Assembly (NCBI GenBank): GCA_041687035.1
Contig: JAWLCS010000008.1
Location: 12,605-76,604, forward strand
Direction of reading: 5' to 3'
From: Bacteroidales bacterium
Lineage (GTDB): Bacteria; Bacteroidota; Bacteroidia; Bacteroidales; UBA7960
DNA length: 64,000 nucleotides
Positions within the stretch are counted from its first letter, which is position 1, and every line of letters begins with the position of its first letter. Below, in pieces: positions 53,691 to 63,201 of this stretch. Position numbers and translations under genes: made by a program. The notes beneath the pieces are model-generated. The model did no database searches and was not told the DNA's origin. It saw only the letters and a program-made list of their open reading frames with translations.

Positions 53691-54433
53691 ACTCGTTCAG
53701 GGCCGATTTGCATGTGCACACCGTGTTGTCGCCCTGCGGCGACCTGGAGATGAGTCCTGCTGCGATTGTGGATGCGGCTGCCCGCCGTGGGATAGATATC
53801 CTGGGCATTACCGACCACAACAGCACCAAACACGGGCCATTGGTAAGCAAACTGGCTCAGAAAAAGGGAATATTCGTTTTGTGTGGTGCAGAAGTCACCA
53901 CCCGCGAAGAAGCCCACTGCTTAGCGTTCTTTGAAAATTTTGAAATACTGGCTGCCTTTCAGCAATACCTCGACAGCCACTTGCCCAACATCAAGAATGA
54001 CCCACGGTATTTTGGATACCAGGTGGTGCTTGATGAGGAGGAGATGATAGTTGAGGAAGAAGAAAGGCTGCTGATATCGGGTCTTGATCAGACGCTCGAC
54101 CAGATAGAGGAGGAGGTGCACCGCCTGGGCGGGCTGTTCATTCCGGCGCACATCGACCGGCCAAAATACAGCCTCACCAGCCAGCTGGGCTTTGTGCCAC
54201 CGGGCATCAAGGCCGATGCGCTGGAAATTTCGCGCTTCACCACACCGGAGAAAATTGCGGAACAGTTCCCGTGGATCGCCTCCTACACCTTTATCAGAAG
54301 CTCGGATGCACACCACCCCGACGCCATCGGATCTGGCATTACCATTTTTGAAATGGAGCGCCGCAGCTTCGATGAGATTCGCAAGGCTTTGCACCGTACC
54401 GATAACCGTAGCACACGCATTGAAAGGGAATAA
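53687..54433 (+). CDS. PHP-domain metal-dependent phosphoesterase
   Basis: 248 aa. PHP motifs are ADLHVHTVLSPCGD, GITDHNS, AEV, IPAHIDRP and SSDAHH. Confidence 0.8.
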   Translation: MNSFRADLHVHTVLSPCGDLEMSPAAIVDAAARRGIDILGITDHNSTKHGPLVSKLAQKKGIFVLCGAEVTTREEAHCLAFFENFEILAAFQQYLDSHLPNIKNDPRYFGYQVVLDEEEMIVEEEERLLISGLDQTLDQIEEEVHRLGGLFIPAHIDRPKYSLTSQLGFVPPGIKADALEISRFTTPEKIAEQFPWIASYTFIRSSDAHHPDAIGSGITIFEMERRSFDEIRKALHRTDNRSTRIERE

Positions 54434-54436
54434 AGC

Positions 54437-54982
54437 ATGAAAGACCTGTCGTTGCACATACTCGATATCGCCCAGAACAGCATCAGCGCTGCTGCCAGCA
54501 ATATAGGCATAAGCATTGATGAAAACCTGGCCGCCAACACCATGGCGATTGAGGTGACTGACAACGGCTGCGGAATGTCTGCCGAGGTGCTGGAAAGGGT
54601 AACCGATCCTTATTTTACCTCGCGTACCACCCGCAAAGTTGGCCTGGGAATTCCGCTCTTTAAGCAGAATGCGGAGGCCACGGGAGGAAGTTTGCAGATT
54701 GACTCGGAAGAGGGCAGGGGCACCATGCTGAAGGCCACTTTTGTGCACAACCACCTCGATCGCCCGCCTTTGGGCGACATGGCAGGGGTAATGGTGCTGC
54801 TGGCAGGTGCCAACCCGGAGATCAGGTTTGTGTACACACACCGGGTTGATAATGAAGAATACGTGTTCGACACGGAAGAAGTGAAGGAAGCGCTGGATGG
54901 CCTTCCGATAAACGATCCGCAGGTGATGCGGTTTTTGAAGGAAATGATTATTGAAAACCTTGTGGCCATTAAGGCCAAATAG
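54437..54982 (+). CDS. Stand-alone HATPase_c (GHKL ATPase/kinase-like) protein
   Basis: 181 aa. N-box LHILDIAQNSISA and G1/G2 VTDNGCGMSAE and TTRKVGLGIPLFKQ. It has no DHp or receiver domain. Confidence 0.7.
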   Translation: MKDLSLHILDIAQNSISAAASNIGISIDENLAANTMAIEVTDNGCGMSAEVLERVTDPYFTSRTTRKVGLGIPLFKQNAEATGGSLQIDSEEGRGTMLKATFVHNHLDRPPLGDMAGVMVLLAGANPEIRFVYTHRVDNEEYVFDTEEVKEALDGLPINDPQVMRFLKEMIIENLVAIKAK

Positions 54983-55042
54983 TATTGAAACCAAGTTAAA
55001 AACAAAATACTTTTTCAACATTAATTAATGGGAGATTAACAA

Positions 55043-55435
55043 ATGACGAAAATTAAATCACTGGCTGATTTGAGAAATATGAAGGCCGACCTTCAGTCGA
55101 AAATCGCCTTAAGAGAAAAAAGCGACAGCCCTGAAGGCCGCGTGCAGATCAAGGTGGCAATGGCTACCTGTGGCATTGCGTCGGGTGCCAAGGACGTAAT
55201 GGAATTCCTGGTGGAAGAGCTCGATAAGCGCAACATTGACGCTATTGTATCGCAAACCGGCTGCATGGGTTATTGCTATGCCGAACCCACCATTGAGGTG
55301 ACCCTGCCCAACCAGGAACCCGTGGTTTTCGGTTACGTTGACAGCAAGAAAGCCGACGATATTATTGAAAAATACATTAAAACCGGCGAATTGCTCGAGG
55401 GTATCATTCCGGTGAATTACGAAAAAATTGACTAA
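55043..55435 (+). CDS. Thioredoxin-like [2Fe-2S] ferredoxin-domain protein
   Basis: 130 aa. VAMATCGIASGAKDV ... QTGCMGYCYAEPT is the pattern of the small ferredoxin-like proteins found in multimeric [FeFe]-hydrogenase operons. Confidence 0.75.
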   Translation: MTKIKSLADLRNMKADLQSKIALREKSDSPEGRVQIKVAMATCGIASGAKDVMEFLVEELDKRNIDAIVSQTGCMGYCYAEPTIEVTLPNQEPVVFGYVDSKKADDIIEKYIKTGELLEGIIPVNYEKID

Positions 55436-55456
55436 CAAAAAAGGAGGAAAACAGTA

Positions 55457-57250
55457 ATGGCAAAATTCAAAACGCATATGCTGGTTTGTGGTGGCACGGG
55501 TTGCCGTGCTTCGGCCAGTGACGTGCTTTATGAGAATTTGAAGAAGGAAGTCAAGGAGAAGGGCCTTGAAAACGATGTGCAGGTGGTAACCACCGGTTGC
55601 TTTGGTTTCTGCGAGCAGGGTCCCATCGTGAAAATGATTCCCGACAATACCTTCTATGTTGGCGTGCAGCCCAAAGATGCCGCCGATATTGTAGCCGAGC
55701 ATGCCATCAAGGGCCGCAAGGTAGATCGCCTGCTCTACAAAGACCCGGTGAAGAAAGAACATGTTCCCGATTCGAAGCATATGGGCTTTTACAAAAAGCA
55801 GATTCGAATTGCACTGCGTAACTGCGGTCTGATTGACCCCGAAAATATTAATGAGTACCTGGCTGCCGATGGTTATGAGGCCCTTGGCAAGGTACTGCTA
55901 GAGATGACCCCCGAAGAGGCCATCAAAGAAGTAATCGACTCTGGCCTTCGCGGCCGCGGAGGCGGTGGTTTCCCAACGGGTGTGAAGTGGCAGATTGCAC
56001 TTAACGTAAAAGGCGACCAGAAGTATGTGGTATGTAATGCCGACGAGGGTGACCCCGGTGCCTTTATGGACCGCTCCATCCTCGAGGGCGACCCCCACAG
56101 TGTGCTCGAAGCCATGGCCATAAACGGCTATTGCATTGGCGCAACCAAAGGTCTTATTTATATCCGTGCAGAATATCCCCTGGCCATCAGCCGCCTGAAG
56201 ATTGCCATTGCTCAGGCCCGCGAATATGGCCTGCTGGGCGAAGACATTCTGGGCAGCGGATTCAACTTCGACATTGAAATGCGCTATGGCGCAGGAGCTT
56301 TTGTGTGCGGCGAAGAAACCGCCCTGATCCACTCCATGGAAGGCGAAAGGGGAGAACCTACCTTCAAGCCCCCCTTCCCGGCACAAAGCGGTTACCTTGG
56401 CAAGCCCACCAACGTGAACAACGTGGAGACTTATGCCAACATCCCGGTTATTATCAATAAAGGCGCCAAGTGGTTTTCAGCCATCGGTACCGAGAAGTCA
56501 AAAGGTACCAAGGTTTTTGCCCTTGCGGGAAAAATCAACAACGTAGGTCTGATTGAAGTGCCTATGGGTATTACCCTGCGCGAAGTGATCTTTGAGATCG
56601 GTGGCGGCATCAAAGGCGGCAAGAAGTTCAAGGCCGTTCAGACCGGTGGCCCCTCGGGTGGCTGTCTCACCGAGAAGCACCTCGACACCCCCATCGACTA
56701 TGATAACCTGATTGCCTCAGGCTCCATGATGGGCTCAGGGGGTATGATTGTTATGGACGAAGACGACTGCATGGTATCCGTAGCCAAGTTCTACCTCGAA
56801 TTTACCGTGGAAGAAAGTTGTGGAAAGTGCTCGCCCTGCCGTATCGGAAACAAACGCCTGTATGAGATTCTCGAGAAAATCACCAAAGGCAACGGTACCA
56901 TGGAAGACCTTGACAAGCTGCGCAACCTCAGCAATGTGATTAAGGACACTTCCCTTTGCGGGCTGGGACAAACCTCACCCAATCCGGTTCTTTCAACCCT
57001 CGATAACTTCTATGATGAATATCTTGCACACGTAACCGAAGGAAAATGCTTCGCCAGTCAGTGTAAAGACCTCATCAAGTACGAGATCATACCCGAAAAC
57101 TGCGTCGGCTGTACTGCCTGTGCGCGCAACTGCCCCGTAAACTGTATCGCTGGCGAAAGAAAACAGATTCACCTGATCGACCAGTCGCTCTGTATCAAGT
57201 GTGGTGCTTGTATGGAAAAATGTAAGTTTAATGCAGTAACAATCATTTAA
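55457..57250 (+). CDS. hydB: Full-length NuoF-like HydB subunit (N-terminal 2Fe-2S, FMN/NADH core, C-terminal 2x[4Fe-4S])
   Basis: 597 aa. Motifs are VCGGTGCRAS...GCFGFCEQGP, GLRGRGGGGFPTGVKW, CNADEGDPGAFMDR, ESCGKCSPCR, and the C-terminal CVGCTACARNCP and CIKCGACMEKC. Confidence 0.92.
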   Translation: MAKFKTHMLVCGGTGCRASASDVLYENLKKEVKEKGLENDVQVVTTGCFGFCEQGPIVKMIPDNTFYVGVQPKDAADIVAEHAIKGRKVDRLLYKDPVKKEHVPDSKHMGFYKKQIRIALRNCGLIDPENINEYLAADGYEALGKVLLEMTPEEAIKEVIDSGLRGRGGGGFPTGVKWQIALNVKGDQKYVVCNADEGDPGAFMDRSILEGDPHSVLEAMAINGYCIGATKGLIYIRAEYPLAISRLKIAIAQAREYGLLGEDILGSGFNFDIEMRYGAGAFVCGEETALIHSMEGERGEPTFKPPFPAQSGYLGKPTNVNNVETYANIPVIINKGAKWFSAIGTEKSKGTKVFALAGKINNVGLIEVPMGITLREVIFEIGGGIKGGKKFKAVQTGGPSGGCLTEKHLDTPIDYDNLIASGSMMGSGGMIVMDEDDCMVSVAKFYLEFTVEESCGKCSPCRIGNKRLYEILEKITKGNGTMEDLDKLRNLSNVIKDTSLCGLGQTSPNPVLSTLDNFYDEYLAHVTEGKCFASQCKDLIKYEIIPENCVGCTACARNCPVNCIAGERKQIHLIDQSLCIKCGACMEKCKFNAVTII

Positions 57251-57267
57251 AAGAAGGACTCAAAATA

Positions 57268-59040
57268 ATGGAACTTATTAAATTAACCATAGATAACAGA
57301 CCTGTCGAGGTTGAAAAGGGTACCACCGTTTTCCATGCCGCCAAAAAGCTGGGCATCGAGATCCCCACGCTGTGCTACATGAACCTCGCTGATTTGAACA
57401 TCGAGCACAAGCCCGGCGGCTGCCGTGTTTGTGTGGTAGAAGTGGAAGGCCGCCGCAACCTGGCACCTTCCTGCGCTACCGAATGTAATGAAGGTATGGT
57501 GGTGAAGACCAATAGTATGCGCGTGTTAAACTCACGCCGTACCGTGCTGGAACTGATCCTCTCAGACCACCCGTTCGACTGCCTCATTTGCGCCAAGAGT
57601 GGCCATTGCGATTTGCAGAACATGGCCATTAAGATGGGTGTTCGCAGCATTCCTTACCAGGGCGAGAAATCGACTTACAAGCCTGACTTTTCACCTGCCA
57701 TTATCCGCGAAATGGACAAGTGCATCATGTGCCGCCGCTGTGAAACCATGTGCAACGACTTCCAGACCGTGGGTGTGCTCTCGGGCATTAATCGTGGCTT
57801 CGAAGCAGTGGTGGCCCCCGCTTTCGAACGCGACCTCGACCACAGCGAATGTACCTATTGCGGACAGTGCGTGGCGGTTTGCCCCACCGGCGCCCTCACC
57901 GAGGTGGATCACACCCCGCAGGTAATCCGCGCCCTGGCCGATCCGGCAAAGACCGTTGTCGTTCAGACTGCCCCTGCCGTTAGAGCTGCCCTGGGCGAAG
58001 AGTTTGGCCTGGAGCCAGGCACCCTCGTAACCGGAAAACTGGCTGCCGCATTGCGCCGCCTCGGGTTCGACTATGTGTTCGATACCGACTTTGCTGCCGA
58101 CCTTACCATTATGGAAGAAGGCTCAGAGCTGCTCGACCGCCTCGGCCGTTTCCTCAGTGGCGACAAGAACGTGAAGCTGCCTATGCTTACCTCATGCTGC
58201 CCCGGCTGGGTCAACTTCTTCGAGTATAACTTCCCCGACATGCTCGACGTGCCCTCTACCGCACGCTCGCCCCAGCAAATGTTCGGTTCAATAGCAAAAT
58301 CATACTTTGCCGATAAGATCAAGACCGATCGTAAAGACATGGTGGTTGTTTCCATTATGCCTTGCGTGGCCAAGAAGTACGAAGCCACCCGCGAAGAGTT
58401 TAAGGTGGACGGCAACCCAGATGTGGACTTCTCCATCTCGACCCGCGAGCTGGCAGCGCTTATCAAAGGCGCCAACATCGATTTCAACAGCCTGCCCGAC
58501 GAAGACTTCGATAAGCCCCTGGGCGAATCGACCGGTGCAGGTGTTATCTTTGGTGTTACCGGTGGTGTAATTGAAGCCGCCGTGCGTACAGCCTACGAAT
58601 TGCACACCAAGAAAACCCTCGAAAAGGTCGACTTCAAGCAGCTGCGTGGCCTCGAAGGCATTCGCTCAGCAAGTGTCGACTTCGACGGTGTGGAAATTAA
58701 GATTGGTATTGCACACGGACTGGGCAACGCCCGCAAACTGCTCGAAGACATCAAGGCTGGCAAGAGCGAGTTCCATGCCATTGAGATCATGGCTTGCCCC
58801 AGCGGGTGTATCGGTGGTGGCGGTCAGCCCCTGCACCATGGCGACTCGTCCATCCTCAAAGCCCGTCATAAGGCCATTTACACCGAAGACGAGAAGAAGG
58901 TGCTGCGCAAGAGCCACGAAAACCCATACATCATTAAGTTGTATGACGAATTCCTTGGCAAGCCCATGAGCGAAAAAGCGCATCATTTGCTGCATACCCA
59001 CTACTTTGCCAAGAAAACCAGGCATATCGACATTGACTAA
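57268..59040 (+). CDS. hydA: [FeFe]-hydrogenase catalytic subunit HydA, locus 2 (canonical group A3-like)
   Basis: 590 aa. The N-terminal Fe-S domains include DHPFDCLICAKSGHC, CIMCRRCETMC and CTYCGQCVAVCP. The H-cluster motifs are canonical: TSCCPGW, MPCVAKKYE and EIMACPSGCIGGGGQP. Confidence 0.93.
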   Translation: MELIKLTIDNRPVEVEKGTTVFHAAKKLGIEIPTLCYMNLADLNIEHKPGGCRVCVVEVEGRRNLAPSCATECNEGMVVKTNSMRVLNSRRTVLELILSDHPFDCLICAKSGHCDLQNMAIKMGVRSIPYQGEKSTYKPDFSPAIIREMDKCIMCRRCETMCNDFQTVGVLSGINRGFEAVVAPAFERDLDHSECTYCGQCVAVCPTGALTEVDHTPQVIRALADPAKTVVVQTAPAVRAALGEEFGLEPGTLVTGKLAAALRRLGFDYVFDTDFAADLTIMEEGSELLDRLGRFLSGDKNVKLPMLTSCCPGWVNFFEYNFPDMLDVPSTARSPQQMFGSIAKSYFADKIKTDRKDMVVVSIMPCVAKKYEATREEFKVDGNPDVDFSISTRELAALIKGANIDFNSLPDEDFDKPLGESTGAGVIFGVTGGVIEAAVRTAYELHTKKTLEKVDFKQLRGLEGIRSASVDFDGVEIKIGIAHGLGNARKLLEDIKAGKSEFHAIEIMACPSGCIGGGGQPLHHGDSSILKARHKAIYTEDEKKVLRKSHENPYIIKLYDEFLGKPMSEKAHHLLHTHYFAKKTRHIDID

Positions 59041-59090
59041 GCCCCGGGCTTTATATCAGTCTTAATTTGTAACAAAAAAAATCACAGATA

Positions 59091-59579
59091 ATGACTTCCG
59101 TAAAATTAAAACTCAAAGAAAACGATGTGCAAAAGATCCGCGAGATCTGCAAGTCGTTCAACAACGAACCCGGTGAGCTGATCAATGTGTTGCATAAGAC
59201 GCAGGAATTTTTTGGCTACCTTCCAGCCGAAGTGCAGGAAGAAGTGGCTGAAGGCTTAAATGTGTCTGTAGCCAAAGTGTACGGTGTGGTGACCTTTTAC
59301 TCATTCTTCACCATGCTGCCCAAGGGCCGCTACCCCATCAGCGTTTGTACGGGTACTGCCTGCTATGTGCGTGGCGCCGAAAAGGTGCTTGACGAGTTCA
59401 AGCGCATACTGAAAGTTGCCGTGGGCGAAACCACGCCCGATGGCAAATTCTCCATCACCTGCCTGCGCTGCGTTGGCGCCTGTGGTTTGGCCCCCGTGGT
59501 TATGGTGGGCGACAAGACCTATGGCCGCGTTACCACCGACGGGGTGAAGGACATCCTGAAAGAATATGAGAACGAGTAA
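59091..59579 (+). CDS. hydC: NuoE-like [2Fe-2S] HydC subunit, locus 2
   Basis: 162 aa. Motifs are VTFYSFF, VCTGTACYVRGA, GKFSITCLRCVGACGLAPVVMV. The gene is followed by a strong intrinsic terminator. Confidence 0.9.
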   Translation: MTSVKLKLKENDVQKIREICKSFNNEPGELINVLHKTQEFFGYLPAEVQEEVAEGLNVSVAKVYGVVTFYSFFTMLPKGRYPISVCTGTACYVRGAEKVLDEFKRILKVAVGETTPDGKFSITCLRCVGACGLAPVVMVGDKTYGRVTTDGVKDILKEYENE

Positions 59580-59608
59580 TCGAATCATATTGCTCCCATT
59601 TTGACGAG

Positions 59609-59640
59609 AAAGGGGCTGCCATTCCGGCGGCCCCTTTTTT
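59609..59640 (+). terminator. Intrinsic terminator after hydrogenase locus 2
   Basis: GGGGCTGCC-ATTCC-GGCGGCCCC stem (one G-U pair) flanked by AAA and T6. Confidence 0.85.
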
Positions 59641-59682
59641 ATTTGGGGAAGCTTGCAGGCTTATTTGCCTGGTTTCAATTAA

Positions 59683-60882
59683 TTAATTTACAGCCTTTAA
59701 ACCCTGGTAATAGTCGTCAAGGATTTTTGTAACCATGGGCCTGTAAAAAAGACGAAAAAAGCTTCTTCGCTCCTGCATAACCTGCGTATACATCAGGTAA
59801 TCCAACTTTTCAATGTGTTTGAGCTTTGCGTTTTTCAATGAGATCGGATTATCGGCAAAGTCGCCGGCAAAATAAAAGTAAAGGTCGTTGTGCTTGCTTT
59901 TTATTACCGCCGGAAACACGGTGGGAATATTCCAATGATCAAGAATGGAGTCGCCTTCCAGGTTTGGCTCTAACCTGTATTCTGCCAGCACCTCATTAGA
60001 GTCACCGGCAGTGCATATGTCGAACCAATAGGGATACTTAATTTTCTTGATAACCCCATAATGATCAACCAGTTTTCCATCTGAATAAATATATGGCACT
60101 TCAACATCCAGGTGTGTCTCATTTTCAAGAACAACAATCATGTCATCATTTCTCACAAAAGCAATTCCTGATTTTGTAAATGGCCATTCATTGTTGTTTT
60201 GTTTCATGTAATTTCTGACAAGCCATTGGGGGATTTCCGTGCTTAAAAGGGTGTCGAGGGTGCTGAAATAACGGCCGGTCCAGTTTTTCCAGGTAATATC
60301 AAATTCTTCTTCGTATTCTTTTCTTATGCCAAACGAAGTTGGCGACCCAATTATGTTAAACTCATTAATGATCAACTTATTACGACTTTTCATCAACCTC
60401 AGAAATGCCAATTCGTTTTTAGCAAGGCCTCCGTATATCCATTCCGATCTTTCACCCATTCTGCCTGGGTCTTGCTCTGGTTTTACATGCGGGTATTCAT
60501 TGTGCCATTCTATCCAGTAAACACCATACAAGTCGGTATAATAAACCATATCATACGCATCGGCAAGTGCTTCCAGCTCTTCCGGGGTTTTACCTTCAAT
60601 GTCGTTGATGGTGTAATTTCCGTTGCCATCGGGAAAAAAGCCAAAATAATCCCTTTCCGGTAAATAAAATTCTTCGTTCGATTTAACGTACTTCTTGTTT
60701 TTCAGCACCCAGTTAAAGGACAAATGTTCCTGGTAGTTTTTATTCAGCACTGTTTTGTCAAGTATAAAAACTTCCATTGGTTTTTTTTCAGCCATTTGCC
60801 AGGATATGCGCATAAAAACAGGTATGCCAATTAATACCCCCAGCAAAAAAACAATAAAAATGATAAAAACAATTCTTGCCAT
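59683..60882 (-). CDS. Hypothetical membrane-anchored protein
   Basis: 399 aa with an N-terminal TM helix (IVFIIFIVFLLGVLIGIPVF). The rest is soluble and rich in Tyr, Trp, Asn and Glu. I recognise no domain. Confidence 0.55.
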   Translation of the reverse strand: MARIVFIIFIVFLLGVLIGIPVFMRISWQMAEKKPMEVFILDKTVLNKNYQEHLSFNWVLKNKKYVKSNEEFYLPERDYFGFFPDGNGNYTINDIEGKTPEELEALADAYDMVYYTDLYGVYWIEWHNEYPHVKPEQDPGRMGERSEWIYGGLAKNELAFLRLMKSRNKLIINEFNIIGSPTSFGIRKEYEEEFDITWKNWTGRYFSTLDTLLSTEIPQWLVRNYMKQNNNEWPFTKSGIAFVRNDDMIVVLENETHLDVEVPYIYSDGKLVDHYGVIKKIKYPYWFDICTAGDSNEVLAEYRLEPNLEGDSILDHWNIPTVFPAVIKSKHNDLYFYFAGDFADNPISLKNAKLKHIEKLDYLMYTQVMQERRSFFRLFYRPMVTKILDDYYQGLKAVN

Positions 60883-61060
60883 AAAAAATGGTGTTTTAAA
60901 TGTGGTTGAGAACTTATGTCTCTCCTTGAAAATGTTTTAACCAAAATTAATCAATTTTTAATCGGTATTTTAGATAAAGCAGGTTTTTGCAATGCAGCAC
61001 ACCTTTTTAACTGCAAGGTCGGTATTATTTTAGGACATGCTTCCCAAATCAATTTATGGT

Positions 61061-61834
61061 TTAAATGAGTCCGGCTCCTAATGCTAAAGAAATCAGAATG
61101 AGCATAATGGCCACTGTAATTTGCACAAAGTGTAAGGTTATCTTTTTTAATAGCTTATTTCCAATATATGCACCTGCAATGGCGGCAAGGGTTGCAATAA
61201 CAACCAGGTTAATATTGTCAGTAATCCCCACCTTTGTAATCCTGGTTGCGTAAATACTTAGCCTGGTAAAATCGACAAATGTCGAAACCACAACGGCTGT
61301 CCCGATGAAGGCCTCTTTCGACAAACCTGCTTTTATTAAAAAGGCGCTTCTCAATGCTCCCTGGTTTCCCGATAATCCGCCGAAGAAACCACTTAATGCC
61401 CCACCTAATGGGAGTTTATCCTTTCCAAATTGCAATTTCTTGAAGTATGGGATTAAGTCCATGCTGGCAAAAATTATCAGAAGTATAGATATTATGAACT
61501 TAACCGGATAAACATCAAACCCTTTGCCGAACATCTGATAGGAAAAGAGCGGCTTTGCATCGGGAATATGAAGCAATAACCATGCACCTGCAATTGCTGC
61601 TATTACGGCAGGTACTCCAAAGCGAATCAGGGTGCTTTTATCGGCCTTTTTTCCAACCAGGATTAATTTAAAGATATTGTTAAAGAAATGAACCACGCCG
61701 GTTAGCGCAATGGCTAAATCAACGGGAAAGAAAACCATGAAAACAGGTGTGAGAATGGTTCCCAAACCAAATCCGGAAAAGAAGGTTAATATGGCTACCA
61801 GAAAAGCCGCAATTCCAATTATTATAATTTCCAT
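61061..61834 (-). CDS. TauE/SafE family sulfite/anion exporter
   Basis: 257 aa with about 8 helices. Internal duplication with GFFGGLSGNQGALRSAF and FFSGFGLGTILTP motifs is typical of TauE/SafE. Confidence 0.8.
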   Translation of the reverse strand: MEIIIIGIAAFLVAILTFFSGFGLGTILTPVFMVFFPVDLAIALTGVVHFFNNIFKLILVGKKADKSTLIRFGVPAVIAAIAGAWLLLHIPDAKPLFSYQMFGKGFDVYPVKFIISILLIIFASMDLIPYFKKLQFGKDKLPLGGALSGFFGGLSGNQGALRSAFLIKAGLSKEAFIGTAVVVSTFVDFTRLSIYATRITKVGITDNINLVVIATLAAIAGAYIGNKLLKKITLHFVQITVAIMLILISLALGAGLI

Positions 61835-61910
61835 ACTGTATTTTTTTTGTTAGACAAAAATACAGCATGCAGATGCAATCGGGATGGTAAGTAAGGATGG
61901 TTAAATGGTA

Positions 61911-62741
61911 TTATTGAAAATGTTTGTTCCTGAATTGTGTCGGCGTAATGTTTTCGTGCCTTTTAAAAAACTTAACAAAATTGGATGCGTCTGTAAACCA
62001 AAGAATATCAGCAATCTCGTTAATGGTATTGTCAGTATGCAGAATATATCTTTTTGCTTCAAGCAATATTTGATGGGTAATTATCTCGCTGGCACTTTTG
62101 GCAGTATGCTTCCGACAAATAATATTCAGGTTCTGTGGTGTGGTGTTCAACAATTCGGCAAATTCATTCACTTTATGAAGTCGTGGACATTCTTTCACCA
62201 ATAGCTGCATAAAGCGGTTATATAATGCCTGGGGCTGGTTGGGGCTCTTCGGATTTTCTGCTTTTTCTTGCAGCAGCTTTCCAAATAATGCTTTTAGCAG
62301 TCCATGAATAATTTCTTTTGAGTACTGCCTGTCAAGTTGATATTCAGTAAAAATGGCTTCCAATATATGCGTTGGAAATTTGTCTGACTGTATTTCTATC
62401 CTGCTTATATCAGTTAATTTTCTAAGCAGATCAATCAGCAAGTTTTCGTTAACCGCATTAAATTCTTTGTCTTTAAAAATGATTACAAAACCTTTTGGGA
62501 TAGAAGTAAATTGCCAAAAATGGAGTTGCCCCGGTTTTAAAAAATAAAACTCTGTAGCTGAAACCATATATTTTTCCGACTCTATGCTATGAAAACCTTC
62601 GCCCTCACTTAAAAATATGAGTTCGTAATATTCATCATGTTTGTGGGGTTTGGTCTTTTTTATCTGCTCCTTGAATCGTGAGATTTTAAAGGTCAGCCCC
62701 TCATCAAGTTTGTTTTTAATGCCTATGCGGTTATTTTCCAT
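61911..62741 (-). CDS. AraC family transcriptional regulator (cupin-like N-terminus plus AraC HTH)
   Basis: 276 aa. The N-terminal HKHDEYYELIFLSEGEGFH is cupin-like. The C-terminus has a double HTH (VNEFAELLNTTPQNLNIICRKHTAKSASEII...INEIADILWFTDASNFVKFFKRHENITPTQFR). Confidence 0.85.
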   Translation of the reverse strand: MENNRIGIKNKLDEGLTFKISRFKEQIKKTKPHKHDEYYELIFLSEGEGFHSIESEKYMVSATEFYFLKPGQLHFWQFTSIPKGFVIIFKDKEFNAVNENLLIDLLRKLTDISRIEIQSDKFPTHILEAIFTEYQLDRQYSKEIIHGLLKALFGKLLQEKAENPKSPNQPQALYNRFMQLLVKECPRLHKVNEFAELLNTTPQNLNIICRKHTAKSASEIITHQILLEAKRYILHTDNTINEIADILWFTDASNFVKFFKRHENITPTQFRNKHFQ

Positions 62742-62851
62742 TACGCTAATAAAAGATGATCATTCCCTTTGGCTGTGTATTGGCAAAATTTCGCGCAAAG
62801 AATTTACCGAATCAGAAATCCTACCTATAACCAGGTGCCAGCTACCCCTGC

Positions 62852-63190
62852 CTAAATCCTCCTGGCCTTATAGCCCGCTTTTACCAGCAGTTCCACGGCT
62901 TTGTCGCGCACATCGCCCTGCAGTATGATCTCGCCATCTTTGGCCGAGCCGCCCACGCCGCATTTGTTTTTGAGCATTTTGCCCAGGGCTTCCAGGTCGT
63001 TTTCGGTGCCAATGAAGCCGCTGATCAGGGTGGCGGTTTTGCCGGCACGGCCTTTCTTGCTGATCTGGGCCTTCAGGATTTGCTTTTCGGGGGGCAGGGT
63101 GGCGGCTTCTTTCTCCGTAAGGTTGTAATTAAGGCCGGGATTGGTAGAGTAGACGATATTGTGCAGGGTGTTTTTTGCTTTTTTCGACAT
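62852..63190 (-). CDS. yciH: SUI1/YciH translation initiation factor homologue
   Basis: 112 aa. The pattern KKGRAGKTATLISGF...LEALGKMLKNKCGVGGSAKDGEIILQGDVRDK is typical of YciH/eIF1. Confidence 0.88.
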   Translation of the reverse strand: MSKKAKNTLHNIVYSTNPGLNYNLTEKEAATLPPEKQILKAQISKKGRAGKTATLISGFIGTENDLEALGKMLKNKCGVGGSAKDGEIILQGDVRDKAVELLVKAGYKARRI

Positions 63191-63201
63191 GGCAATGAAT
63201 T

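Noticed and set aside
53921-55021. 366-aa minus-strand ORF antisense to the PHP and HATPase genes
   Set aside because: It overlaps two well-supported plus-strand genes with clear catalytic motifs. Its own translation has no recognisable motif, and it would break an otherwise uninterrupted co-directional operon.
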